DNA from: Candidatus Pacearchaeota archaeon
Lineage (GTDB): Archaea; Nanobdellota; Nanobdellia; Pacearchaeales; GW2011-AR1
Direction: 5' to 3'
DNA length: 64,000 nt
Assembly: GCA_050124795.1 (NCBI GenBank)
Contig: JASFEO010000001.1
Location: forward strand, 43,703 to 107,702
The translations under genes and the position numbers were made by a program. Below are positions 38,835-48,476 of this stretch, in pieces. Under the pieces are notes generated by a model. That model did not search any database and was not told where the DNA came from. It worked only from the letters and a program-made list of their open reading frames with translations. The first letter of the stretch is position 1, and every line of letters begins with the position of its first letter.

Positions 38835-40337
38835 GTGAGTAAAATGAGGACAAATATTCTTTTTGGCGGAGCAGCAGGACAAGGACCAAATATATTAACT
38901 CAAGTTTTAGGAGACGCATTAGTGAAACAAGGTTATTATGTTTTTTATTCTCGTGATTATCAGTCATTAATTCGCGGGGGTCATAACTTTAATGTCCTAA
39001 CTTTTTCTGAAAATCCTGTTCACAGCAATGATTCAAAAATTGACATCTTAGTTTGCTTGGATGAAAAAACAGAAAACATTCATAAATCCGAATTAAAAAA
39101 AGATGCAGTTGTCCTAAAGGGGAGTAAAGAGAATATGTATTATGCAGGAAGGATTTTCAAACTTCTTTGCATGGATTTCAAACTTCTTGAAGAGCAGTTT
39201 AAATTATTAAAACATAGATTTGATGAAAATATGAAAGAAGCAAAAAAAGGTTATGACGAAGAAACAAAAAAAGTTTGCGAAGTTAGATATAAAAAAAGTA
39301 ATCTTAAATTAATGAACGGAAGTCGCGCAGTTGCATTGGGCGCAGTTAAATCTGGAATTGATGTTTATTATGCTTATCCAATGACCCCCTCAACAGGTGT
39401 TTTAAGAGAATTAGCACAAATGCAAAAGGAAAATAATTTTTTCGTGCATGAACCTGAAAATGAAATCGCAGGAATCAACATGGCAATTGGCTCAAGTATT
39501 ACAGGCGCAAAAGTCATGACAGGAACTTCAGGAGGAGGTTTTGACTTAATGACTGAAAGTTTAAGTTTAGCCGGAATGATTGATATACCTTTAGTAATTT
39601 ATTTGTCTCAAAGACCGGGGCCTGCAACAGGTGTACCCACTTACACTTCGCAAGGAGACTTAAACACTGCAAGATTTTCAGGACACGGAGAATTTCCAAG
39701 AATGCTTTTAGCACCCGGGGACATTGTTGAATCTGAAGAATTAACTAATCAGGCATTTTACTTTGCAAACAAATTCAAAATTCCTGCGATTATAATTAAT
39801 GACAAGCACTTAGCTGAGAGTGGTTATTCAACACTGGATAATCCAAAAATTGTAAAATCTCAAAAAAACACACCTTTAGCAAGACATAGTGGAAATGAAA
39901 CAAATAAAGAGGGAATCACAACAACAAAAATTAATGAAGTGAATTGGAGAGTTGAAACAAGAATGAAAAAAATGGAAGACATGAGAACTGAGGCAAAGAA
40001 ATTTACAACTCATAAATTTTATGGCAAAATGAATTCTAAGAATTTAATTGTTTTCTGGGGCTCAACAAAAGGAGCGATTCTTGATGCAATTGTTGGTTTG
40101 GATTGCAAAGCTTTGCAGATTCTTTACTTAAAACCTTTTCCAATGGAAATAAAAAAAGAATTAGGAAAAGCAAATAAATTAATTTTAATTGAAAACAATG
40201 AGTCAGGCGAACTTGCAAATTTAATTGCAGAAAAAACAGGAATATTTTTTCAGGACAAAAATAAAATTCTGCGTTACGACGGAAGACCGTTTTTATATGA
40301 TGAATTAAAAAAAGAAATTGAAGGGAGGTTGAAATGA
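38835..40337 (+). CDS. korA: 2-oxoacid:ferredoxin oxidoreductase alpha subunit
   Basis: GGAAGQG, YQSLIRGGHN, YPMTPS, TSGGGF, RPGPATG. Confidence 0.92.
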   Translation: MSKMRTNILFGGAAGQGPNILTQVLGDALVKQGYYVFYSRDYQSLIRGGHNFNVLTFSENPVHSNDSKIDILVCLDEKTENIHKSELKKDAVVLKGSKENMYYAGRIFKLLCMDFKLLEEQFKLLKHRFDENMKEAKKGYDEETKKVCEVRYKKSNLKLMNGSRAVALGAVKSGIDVYYAYPMTPSTGVLRELAQMQKENNFFVHEPENEIAGINMAIGSSITGAKVMTGTSGGGFDLMTESLSLAGMIDIPLVIYLSQRPGPATGVPTYTSQGDLNTARFSGHGEFPRMLLAPGDIVESEELTNQAFYFANKFKIPAIIINDKHLAESGYSTLDNPKIVKSQKNTPLARHSGNETNKEGITTTKINEVNWRVETRMKKMEDMRTEAKKFTTHKFYGKMNSKNLIVFWGSTKGAILDAIVGLDCKALQILYLKPFPMEIKKELGKANKLILIENNESGELANLIAEKTGIFFQDKNKILRYDGRPFLYDELKKEIEGRLK

Positions 40338-40894
40338 AGTTAACAACTAAAAGATTAATTTTGAGGGATATAAAGAATAGTGATGAAAAAAATTTAATTA
40401 AGAATATTAATAATTTAAAAGTTTCAAAAAATTTATTTGTTGTCCCATACCCTTACACAAAGAAAGATGCAAAATGGTGGATAAATCATTGTAATGGAAA
40501 GAAGAAAAATAAAGAAAGCTATAATTTTGTTATAGAATTAAAATCTGAAAAAAAATTAATAGGGGGGATTGGTCTTGATAAGCTAGATAAATTTCAGGGC
40601 ACTACAGAACTTGGATATTGGCTTGGAGAGAAATATTGGAAACAGAAAATTATGACTGAAGCTGTTAAAGAAATTTTAGATTTCGCATTTGACAAATTAA
40701 AATTAAGAAGAGTGGATGTTCATGCTTATACAGAAAATAAAGCTTCAAATGCTTTGATTAAAAAAATGGGCTTCACTTTCGAAGGGAGGGGGCGGAAGGC
40801 TATGAGGGCCAAATCAACAGGAAAAATTCATGATGCAAATATTTATGGTTTATTAAAATCAGAATGGAAAAAAGCAAGGGGGGAATTAAAATGA
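40334..40894 (+). CDS. GNAT acetyltransferase, RimJ/RimL family
   Basis: TKRLILR, ELGYWLGEKYW, ENKAS..KKMGFTFEG. Confidence 0.9.
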   Translation: MKLTTKRLILRDIKNSDEKNLIKNINNLKVSKNLFVVPYPYTKKDAKWWINHCNGKKKNKESYNFVIELKSEKKLIGGIGLDKLDKFQGTTELGYWLGEKYWKQKIMTEAVKEILDFAFDKLKLRRVDVHAYTENKASNALIKKMGFTFEGRGRKAMRAKSTGKIHDANIYGLLKSEWKKARGELK

Positions 40895-40934
40895 AATCAA
40901 AACATTTAAATAATCTATTGTATAAACTTATATA

Positions 40935-41192
40935 ATGGCAAATATACTTCATTATCCAAGATTAGACACAATATTAATGATAGAAGAAGCTATTAAAAAT
41001 TCTGAAGACTATCCTACAAAAATGCAGCTTTGGAAATCTCTTCCAAAAAAAATACAATATCAAACATTCAAATTAATTCTTCAATATCTTGAGGAATCAA
41101 ATAAAATTATGTTTCATGAAGACAAAATTATTTGGGTTTACAATCCTGAGTTGATAAAAAATCTTCATGAGCAGGGATTAATATTAAAATGA
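40935..41192 (+). CDS. Putative wHTH antitoxin
   Basis: PRLDT..LPKK..TF..IL.YL...NKI; paralog at 49703; ATGA-coupled to a RelE-like gene. Confidence 0.65.
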   Translation: MANILHYPRLDTILMIEEAIKNSEDYPTKMQLWKSLPKKIQYQTFKLILQYLEESNKIMFHEDKIIWVYNPELIKNLHEQGLILK

Positions 41193-41521
41193 AAGAAGTG
41201 AAAGTTGCATTTATTGATAAAAAATTAAAAGAATCTTTTGATAAACTTAAAAAAGAAAAAACTTCTGAGAAAGATTTATCCGAATTTCTTGAAAGAGCAA
41301 TAAAAGATATAAAGAAAAATCCGTTTGTGGGTATTCAAATAAAAAAGAAACTTATCCCAAAAGAATACAGGACTAAATATCAGATTCAAAACCTGTGGAA
41401 ATATAATCTTCCCAATGCATGGAGATTAATTTATTCTATACAAAAAGACCATATTTCAATAGTTTGTGTTTTACTTGAATGGTTTAGTCATAAAAAATAT
41501 GAAAGGAGATTTAAATTTTAA
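41189..41521 (+). CDS. RelE-like toxin
   Basis: NPFVG..LWKYNLPNAWRLIYS..HKKYERRF; paralog at 49366. Confidence 0.7.
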   Translation: MKEVKVAFIDKKLKESFDKLKKEKTSEKDLSEFLERAIKDIKKNPFVGIQIKKKLIPKEYRTKYQIQNLWKYNLPNAWRLIYSIQKDHISIVCVLLEWFSHKKYERRFKF

Positions 41522-41522
41522 A

Positions 41523-42356
41523 ATGACATTAACAGATACAAAAGCAATTCCGACATGGTGCCCGGGATGTTTTAATTTTCAAATACTTGCAGGTGTAAAA
41601 AAAGCAATAAACGAAAAAATAAAAACCGAAGAAGACCGCAAAAACTGGATGATGGTGTCAGGGATTGGCTGCTCTGGAAAAATAATGGATTATATAAATT
41701 TAAATGGTGTTCACACCTTGCATGGAAGAGTTTTGCCGACTTGCCTCGGAATGAAAGTTGGAAATCCAAATTTAAATGTCTTGGGTTTTTCAGGAGACGG
41801 AGATGCTTATGCAGAAGGAGGGGGTCACCTTGTTCATGCAGCAAGATACAATGCAGACTTCAAATACTTTGTTCATAATAATCAGGTTTTCGCCCTAACA
41901 GTTGGCCAGTCAACACCAGTTACAAATTTGGGTTTCGCAGACAAGACAAACCCCGAAGGTGTTAAACTCACCCCCCTAAATCCAATAAGAATAATGCTCG
42001 CAGCAGGCGCAAGTTTTGTTGCAAGGGTTTTTGCCGACGTAAACCAAGTTGAATGGGTAACAAGAGAAGCACTAAAGCACAAAGGTTTTGCATTCATCGA
42101 AGTAATCCAGCCATGTTTAGTTTTCCATCCGGATCAGGGCTACAAAGAAAAAACTTATTCACTTGAACAAACAGGTCATGACAAAACAAACTTTGAAGCA
42201 GCATGGCAAAAAGCAAATGAATTTGACTACAATAAAATCGACAAAATCCCAATTGGAATTTTTTATCAACAAGAAAGACCAATTTTCGAAGAGCATTTTA
42301 GTGTTCTTGCAGACTTGAAGAAAAAAGGAATTGGTTTTAAGGATATAAAAAGGTAA
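41523..42356 (+). CDS. korB: 2-oxoacid:ferredoxin oxidoreductase beta subunit
   Basis: TWCPGC, SGIGCS, LHGR, GDGD TPP motif, GQSTP, QPC. Confidence 0.92.
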   Translation: MTLTDTKAIPTWCPGCFNFQILAGVKKAINEKIKTEEDRKNWMMVSGIGCSGKIMDYINLNGVHTLHGRVLPTCLGMKVGNPNLNVLGFSGDGDAYAEGGGHLVHAARYNADFKYFVHNNQVFALTVGQSTPVTNLGFADKTNPEGVKLTPLNPIRIMLAAGASFVARVFADVNQVEWVTREALKHKGFAFIEVIQPCLVFHPDQGYKEKTYSLEQTGHDKTNFEAAWQKANEFDYNKIDKIPIGIFYQQERPIFEEHFSVLADLKKKGIGFKDIKR

Positions 42357-42401
42357 AAAATTTCTTTGAGAAATTTTTTAATTCTGCACTGAATAATTAA
42401 G
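42354..42401 (-). repeat. ~48-bp dispersed element, copy 2
   Basis: Reverse complement reads CTTAATTATTCAGTGCAGAAT followed by TAAAAAATTTCT-CAA-AGAAATTTTTTA. Confidence 0.7.
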
Positions 42402-42446
42402 ATGTAAGATTATTATAAAAAATTCAGATAAGAATTCAGGTTGCCA

Positions 42447-42998
42447 TTAGGCAATCTCTTTCAATTCCCAAATGCATAAACGCTCAAAAAACAAATTTTC
42501 ACAACCAATCTCTTTTTCAATAAATTCAAGTTTTTTAAAATCTATTTGTTCAGCTAAATCCGAAGTAATTAAAAAAATTCGCCCATTCTTTTTTAAATAA
42601 TCTTTTGCATCTTTCAAGAATCTCAAAATAATTTCATTTCCCTTTTTCCCGCCAGTTGTTGAAATTTGCGATTCTTTTGGTTCTTTTTGGTCATACGGCA
42701 AGTAAGGAGGATTAAAAATAATCAAGTTAAATTTTCCTTTTACATTTTCAAATAAATCAGAATGAATGCAATTAAAACCTAAAACATTGCAATGATCTAC
42801 TGACGATGTATCAACATCAACTGGAAAAATATTCTCTCTTTTTACCCCTAAATTATTTGCAGTCTCGAGATGAATCCCGCTTCCTGCACCAATCTCTAAA
42901 AATTTTAAATCAGGATTTTGTTTTAATAGTTCTGGCAATCTTTGTTTCAAAATCCTCGACATTAAATAAGAATCTTCTTGTGGCTGGTAAATTGTCAT
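42447..42998 (-). CDS. HemK2/Mtq2-family methyltransferase
   Basis: IYQPQEDSYL, LEIGAGSG, FNPPY, GGKKG. Confidence 0.9.
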   Translation of the reverse strand: MTIYQPQEDSYLMSRILKQRLPELLKQNPDLKFLEIGAGSGIHLETANNLGVKRENIFPVDVDTSSVDHCNVLGFNCIHSDLFENVKGKFNLIIFNPPYLPYDQKEPKESQISTTGGKKGNEIILRFLKDAKDYLKKNGRIFLITSDLAEQIDFKKLEFIEKEIGCENLFFERLCIWELKEIA

Positions 42999-43068
42999 AG
43001 TTAAACTAATCAAAATAAAGTTTAATAAATAGCGTATTATTTAAAAACAACTTATTATTATTTAATTT

Positions 43069-43539
43069 ATGAATATACTTATTCATTTTATAATTAATAT
43101 CTTGATAATGATGCCTTTTGGTCTAAGTCCTCTTGAATTATTTATAGTTGGTTTTGGGGGGATAGTAATTGACTTAGATCATGTTATCTATCAATATTTT
43201 ATTGCAAAAAATAAGACACTAAAAGAAATGTTTGAATGGCATAAAAAAGAAAATGCAGTTCATCGCCCGCATTTTTATATTTTCCATATGATTGAATTTA
43301 TCATAGCATTTATTATAATTTCTTTTTTTATTAATAGGTTAGTCTTTCTTTTTGCACTTGGTTTTGGATTGCATTTTCTAGGAGATTTTATTCTTTATAT
43401 TCTTTATTATAAATCCTTATCCTGGATGAAATATTTTTCTTTGGCCTATAAGATGATCAATTTTTTTACCAAAAAATTTATAAATAAGTCTAACTTAGTT
43501 AAAATAAGGCGAAATAATTATGGTAAATGCATTAATTAA
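43069..43539 (+). CDS. Membrane-bound metal-dependent hydrolase-like protein
   Basis: N-terminal His, IDLDH, FH..EF, HFLGD within hydrophobic helices. Confidence 0.65.
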   Translation: MNILIHFIINILIMMPFGLSPLELFIVGFGGIVIDLDHVIYQYFIAKNKTLKEMFEWHKKENAVHRPHFYIFHMIEFIIAFIIISFFINRLVFLFALGFGLHFLGDFILYILYYKSLSWMKYFSLAYKMINFFTKKFINKSNLVKIRRNNYGKCIN

Positions 43540-43753
43540 AATTGATGAAAATATAAATAGAATAATGAATATCATAAAGGCAAGACATGGTTTAAAAGAT
43601 AAAGGAGAAGTTGTTGAATTTGTTATAAAAAAATTTGCAGAGTATGAATCTGAACCAGACCTCCTTCCCGAGTTTGTGAAAAAGATACACAAAATAGAGA
43701 GACAAAAAAGCATTAAAGTTGATGATTTTGCAAAAAGGTATGGATTAAAATAA
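43520..43753 (+). CDS. Antitoxin (DUF2683-like)
   Basis: NIIKARHGLKDK, PEFVKKI..DDFAKRYG; upstream of a RelE-like gene. Confidence 0.75.
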   Translation: MVNALIKIDENINRIMNIIKARHGLKDKGEVVEFVIKKFAEYESEPDLLPEFVKKIHKIERQKSIKVDDFAKRYGLK

Positions 43754-43754
43754 A

Positions 43755-44039
43755 ATGTATTCTTTGGAAATTAAAGAAGAGGCTGATAAAACTTTTTCTA
43801 AACTTTCCAGGAAAAATTTAAAGCAACTCAAAATGATTGACAAGAAAATTAAAAAAATCAGACAAGAACCTTTGCATTCATATAAATTCTTAAAAAAACC
43901 TTTGCAAAAATTTAACAGAGTTCATGTTGATAATTCTTTTGTTTTAGTTTTCAAAATAGATCCCCCGCGTGAAACAGTAATTATATTCTACTTTGACCAT
44001 CACGACAAAGTTTACCAATGGAAACCTAAGGAAAAGTAA
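43755..44039 (+). CDS. RelE/YafQ-family toxin
   Basis: YKFLKKPL..RVHVDNSFVLVF..DHHDKVY. Confidence 0.82.
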   Translation: MYSLEIKEEADKTFSKLSRKNLKQLKMIDKKIKKIRQEPLHSYKFLKKPLQKFNRVHVDNSFVLVFKIDPPRETVIIFYFDHHDKVYQWKPKEK

Positions 44040-44066
44040 GAAAAGTAAAATTCTCTTTGGAAATTT

Positions 44067-44627
44067 TTAATTAAATATCCCACTAAAAAATCCAGACTTG
44101 TCAAAAAAATCAAGAATAGAATCTTTGAAAATAAAAACAGCCCCGAGAAGTCCGAGCAAAATTACTAAAGAAATTATTATCGCAATAATGGCCCCGTGCT
44201 TTTTTGGTTTTTCACCATAAGTTGAAGCACCTGGTTTTGGAGCCTGTGTGCCTGTTGGCTTGCCATTTGGAAACTCAATTTGGTTTAACCTCTCAATTGC
44301 GCCGCTTATTCCCTGTTTTATTTTCCTGATTGATTCTGCATTATTCCCATATGCTGAAACTCTCTGAATTCCCTGATTCTGAGGAATTGGTTTAAATTTC
44401 TGAACCTGCTTTTCTGCTTTTGGTTTTTCCACAGAAGTTTTTCCATGAATATAATTTTTTTCAGGAGCAATCACTTGACCCTGCTGCCCTGCCTGAACTG
44501 CCCTCGCTGCCTTTTCAATTTCCCCCCTCTCATAACCAGCATTATAAAAACTAATCATTGCATCACGAAGACTCTCGCCTTTTTTCATTGCTTCAAGTAT
44601 CCCCTCAACTAAAACTATATCTGCCAT
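44067..44627 (-). CDS. Hypothetical protein with C-terminal TM
   Basis: N-terminal AMKKGESL..SFYNAGY...IE.A helical domain, linker, TM. Confidence 0.65.
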   Translation of the reverse strand: MADIVLVEGILEAMKKGESLRDAMISFYNAGYERGEIEKAARAVQAGQQGQVIAPEKNYIHGKTSVEKPKAEKQVQKFKPIPQNQGIQRVSAYGNNAESIRKIKQGISGAIERLNQIEFPNGKPTGTQAPKPGASTYGEKPKKHGAIIAIIISLVILLGLLGAVFIFKDSILDFFDKSGFFSGIFN

Positions 44628-44681
44628 TTTCCTCTTTATAAAATATTAAGAAAGTGATGTTTAAAAAATCTTGCTTAAGAA

Positions 44682-44810
44682 GTACCTGCTAACACTCCTT
44701 TGAAACTACCAAATTTTACTGTTTTAAGGATTGAAATTTTGCGAAGAAAAATCAGTTTGCCTTTTTAAGGCTTAATGTATCCAAATTTCATTTTTCCCGT
44801 TAGCAGGTAC
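44682..44810. mobile_element. 129-bp MITE-like element (or structured RNA) with 12-bp perfect terminal inverted repeats
   Basis: GTACCTGCTAAC (44682-44693) and GTTAGCAGGTAC (44799-44810); non-coding interior. Confidence 0.55.
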
Positions 44811-44826
44811 CTTAGGAAAATTTCTT

Positions 44827-45936
44827 TTAGAAATTTTTTAATTCTACCAATACACGAGGAATCTCTTTATATTCATGTCCAGCATATTTAGGAACTAACT
44901 TCTGCATTTTTTCTTTTGTTCTTTTGAAGTTTATATTTAGTCTCTCTTGAAATTTATCATGATCAATTCCCCTTCTTTTTAATCTTTCTTTTTCAGGACC
45001 ATATAACTTTAATGGAAATGCCCAGGATTTGCTAACAAAATTAGGTCCATACTTTTTCATTCCTTTTTGCAAAAATTCATCAACCGTATTTGGATCTGAA
45101 TCATACATAAAAGGGTATGCATCAATTCCCGCATTTACCATCCTATCATAAGTATACCATCTTTCATTATCCAAAAAAGAAAAATTCTTATTTACTTTCC
45201 CTTTCTTGTTGCAAAATCCAATTGCCCTAAGATTACTCTCAGTATCTGTTCCTTTGAATGAACACAAAACTCCGAAATTATTGTACTCTCCTAATTTTTT
45301 CCAGAAAAATTTATCTAGTCTTCCCTGTTGTATTAAATAATCTATAAAATGTCCTGTTGTTTGATTTGTCTCTCCCTGAAAATAAATCTTATCACTTAAT
45401 CCTCTTTTTTCAATTTCTTCAAGAGTTTCTAACCATTGCCATGGCGCAAGAAGAGGTTCTCCACCTGAACGTCTTATAACATGAATTGTTTTTGTTTTTC
45501 TTGTGTCTTCCAATGCATCGATAATCTCAGATGTTGAAAAATATTCTCCCCTTCCTTTTTTACCATTTTTATTTTCATCATCTACAAAACACCAAGGACA
45601 ATAAACATTGCAGGTTTTTGTTTGGGGCATAAAAGTCATATTGCATTCTGCCAAAGAAAGTCCTTTTAATCTGGATACTGCCCATGCAGGCATATCAAAA
45701 CCATTATCTGCAACAACTGCTTTTTCCAAAGCTTCTTCATCATTTGAATCAGCTTTTAAATTATCTTTTGTCCTATAAAAATCCCCAATAGTATACGCGC
45801 TTTTGTTAATGTCTTCTGCCTGAAGGGTTTTAGAAAGATTTGCTAAAAGATACTTCCTCTCTCTCTTCGTTTCAAGAACAGTTTTCCTACTTAGATTGTT
45901 GCACCTTTTTTCAACCCACCACTTTTCAACATTCAT
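44827..45936 (-). CDS. Radical SAM protein
   Basis: CNVYCPWC (CX3CX2C), SGGEP, ETN. Confidence 0.88.
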   Translation of the reverse strand: MNVEKWWVEKRCNNLSRKTVLETKRERKYLLANLSKTLQAEDINKSAYTIGDFYRTKDNLKADSNDEEALEKAVVADNGFDMPAWAVSRLKGLSLAECNMTFMPQTKTCNVYCPWCFVDDENKNGKKGRGEYFSTSEIIDALEDTRKTKTIHVIRRSGGEPLLAPWQWLETLEEIEKRGLSDKIYFQGETNQTTGHFIDYLIQQGRLDKFFWKKLGEYNNFGVLCSFKGTDTESNLRAIGFCNKKGKVNKNFSFLDNERWYTYDRMVNAGIDAYPFMYDSDPNTVDEFLQKGMKKYGPNFVSKSWAFPLKLYGPEKERLKRRGIDHDKFQERLNINFKRTKEKMQKLVPKYAGHEYKEIPRVLVELKNF

Positions 45937-46037
45937 ATCCCCCAAAATAATCTTTGCTTTAAAAATATTATTGCATTTGAAAATATATAATCAAGAGAAC
46001 ACAAATAATTTATAAACCAACAATTTCATTTAACTCA

Positions 46038-46412
46038 ATGTATCCAATAGAAAAACTTGTCCTTAGCATGAAACTAAAATCAGTTGCGCAAGGATTAAGC
46101 AATTTAATTAACAGCAGGGAATTAACTAAAGAAAATTCAGAAAATTTTTCCTGGGCAAAAAAACTCATTGCGCAAATGGATTTTCACTCTGAAAAATACG
46201 CAACAGAAGAAACAAGAGAATTATCAATAACTGCAACAGAATTAAGACCCAACTTTATTTCACAACTTTCAAAATATGGGTTAACTTATGAAGAACTTGA
46301 TAAAACTCTCAACCCTAATTATAAATTTCTGCCAACCCTTAATTCTGCATACAGGATTTTCAATAAAATCTCTTCAGAAGTTCATAATGAAATTCCTATG
46401 GGAAACATCTAA
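46038..46412 (+). CDS. Hypothetical protein
   Basis: ORF with TTTATAAA upstream. Confidence 0.55.
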   Translation: MYPIEKLVLSMKLKSVAQGLSNLINSRELTKENSENFSWAKKLIAQMDFHSEKYATEETRELSITATELRPNFISQLSKYGLTYEELDKTLNPNYKFLPTLNSAYRIFNKISSEVHNEIPMGNI

Positions 46413-46418
46413 GGCTGT

Positions 46419-46745
46419 TTATCCCAATCCATATTTTATTTTTATTTGGTGAAGTCTTTCCCTGAACTTTGAATAAGCTTTGTCATGAGACCCGATTGTC
46501 AAAAACCAAAGAATCCTTTTGTGGATAAAATAAACAACACGTATATTTTTAGTTATCGGCTCTCTATAACAATGCGAACTTCCATGAAGATGCTTTTGCC
46601 TTTTTGGATTTTCAATAATTTTCTTTCTCTTTTTCTCAAAAATCTTAATATCTTTGTCAGATAACTTATCTAAATCTTTAAAAAAACTTTCATGAAACTT
46701 AATTTCCAACTTAACAGGTGATTCCACGTCTTTTGAGATACTCAT
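46419..46745 (-). CDS. RelE/ParE-family toxin
   Basis: FFKDLDKL..ENP...KHL..YR...IRVVY..IGSHD; start uncertain. Confidence 0.78.
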   Translation of the reverse strand: MSISKDVESPVKLEIKFHESFFKDLDKLSDKDIKIFEKKRKKIIENPKRQKHLHGSSHCYREPITKNIRVVYFIHKRILWFLTIGSHDKAYSKFRERLHQIKIKYGLG

Positions 46746-46911
46746 TATAATCCTCTTCAGTTTTTCCCTGAACTTTTCCCATCCTAATATCCTTAATTCT
46801 TTTTTCAGTTATCTCTTTTTGGCTTCTCATCTCTTCAACATCACTAATCAAAATTTCAACTGTTGCAAGAAGCTTATTGAAGTCTGATTTTTTAATATTA
46901 ATATTTTCCAT
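46711..46911 (-). CDS. Putative antitoxin
   Basis: 66 aa, overlaps the RelE-like gene, KRIKDIRMGKV..TEED. Confidence 0.65.
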   Translation of the reverse strand: MENINIKKSDFNKLLATVEILISDVEEMRSQKEITEKRIKDIRMGKVQGKTEEDYNEYLKRRGITC

Positions 46912-47037
46912 AATTAAATCAACCCTAAAAACTTTATAAATTTACCGAATTAATCTTTGCATTTTCACTAACAACTTTTAAAAAATTTAAATCCTAATAA
47001 CGCAAGGACATAACTAAAATTTTCTCAAAAGAAAATT

Positions 47038-48381
47038 TTATATCTTTACACTTTTCCCATCATGCATAATATGAACATTCTTATTAACATCATAACCCAT
47101 TTCTTTTGCAAGTTCCACCATTGGAATTAATTGTTGTGTTGTTCCATGCGACGGTAAAATATGTTCAGCCTGGACAATTGAAAGTAAATCCCTTAAGTCT
47201 TCCCTGCCGCCATGACCTGAAACATGCACTTCATCAAAAAGCCTGACTCCTGATTTTCTTAATCTCTTATCCATGTTCTCCTTATTTGCAATATTCGCAG
47301 GAACAGGAATTGTTTTTGACGAAAAAATAATATTATCATTTGGTGAAAATTCAAAAGGCAACTTTTTCCTCGACAATCTATCCAGAATACTGCCTGGCTC
47401 CCCCTGATGGCCTGTGCAAATAACTAAAGACCTTTCCTTGTCTTTTTTTACTCGTCGCAAAATTGACTCAACCTGTCTTTTATAACTTCCAATTGTGATA
47501 TCTTTTTTAAACGGACACATTCCAACTTCATCTGCTGCAGAAATATATTTATTCATGCTTCTTCCAATAACATAAACCTTCCTGTTTAACTTCTTTGAAT
47601 ATTCAACAATTGACTTCAACCTTGCAATATGTGAAGAAAACGTTGCAACAAAAATTGCTGAATTTTCATTTTTTATTGTAAGCATCACTTCCTCCAGCAA
47701 GGCTCTTGCAACCTTTTCACTTGGAGTTTTTTTATTTGAACCAGAATAAAGTGAATCAACAATTAATGCCTTAACACCTTGCTTTGCAATTCTTTTTAAT
47801 GCAGCATAATTCGGAGGAAGACCCATCACAGGCGTATTGTCCAGTTTAAAATCATTTGCATAAAGAATAATCCCCTCTGGCGTGTGCAGGGCGATCATTG
47901 AAGTGTGAATTGTTGAATGAGTCATGTTAATGAACTCAGCCTTGTAATTTCTCTTTTTACCTTTAATTAAAAAAGTTGAATTTGGGTTCACTGTCACAAT
48001 CTTATTCGGAATTCTTATTCTCTCATCCTGCAAAATTTTTTTCAAAACTGCAATTGTAAAAGGAGTTCCTGCAAGCGGCGCATTATACCGATATGAAATA
48101 TAAGGAATCGCCCCAATGTGGTCAAGATGCGCATGCCCTAAAAGTATTGCCCTGACTTTTTTTCTCAAACCAAGTTTATCCAAAATCAAATCATCAGGAA
48201 CCGCCCCGATACTTCTTAATTTTTTTTCAGTATAACTCTCTGGCTGCATTTCCTCTTCCTGCAACTCAACAACTGCCGGCAAATAAAGCCCCATATCAAA
48301 AATAATCGCATCATCACCAAGGTCAACAACAGTCATATTTTTCCCAACTTCATTAAAACCCCCAACACTATAAATTTCCAT
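47038..48381 (-). CDS. rnj: Archaeal ribonuclease J
   Basis: GGFNEVGKNMT, HAHLDH, DFKLD, TGHQGEP, HVSGHG, PSHG. Confidence 0.95.
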   Translation of the reverse strand: MEIYSVGGFNEVGKNMTVVDLGDDAIIFDMGLYLPAVVELQEEEMQPESYTEKKLRSIGAVPDDLILDKLGLRKKVRAILLGHAHLDHIGAIPYISYRYNAPLAGTPFTIAVLKKILQDERIRIPNKIVTVNPNSTFLIKGKKRNYKAEFINMTHSTIHTSMIALHTPEGIILYANDFKLDNTPVMGLPPNYAALKRIAKQGVKALIVDSLYSGSNKKTPSEKVARALLEEVMLTIKNENSAIFVATFSSHIARLKSIVEYSKKLNRKVYVIGRSMNKYISAADEVGMCPFKKDITIGSYKRQVESILRRVKKDKERSLVICTGHQGEPGSILDRLSRKKLPFEFSPNDNIIFSSKTIPVPANIANKENMDKRLRKSGVRLFDEVHVSGHGGREDLRDLLSIVQAEHILPSHGTTQQLIPMVELAKEMGYDVNKNVHIMHDGKSVKI

Positions 48382-48476
48382 TTTCTTATTCTTTTTAAAC
48401 TAAGAAATATCACTTTAAAAATTCTTGTAATTTAATTAAACAATAAATTTATATTCTAAAAAATATACTTTATTAC

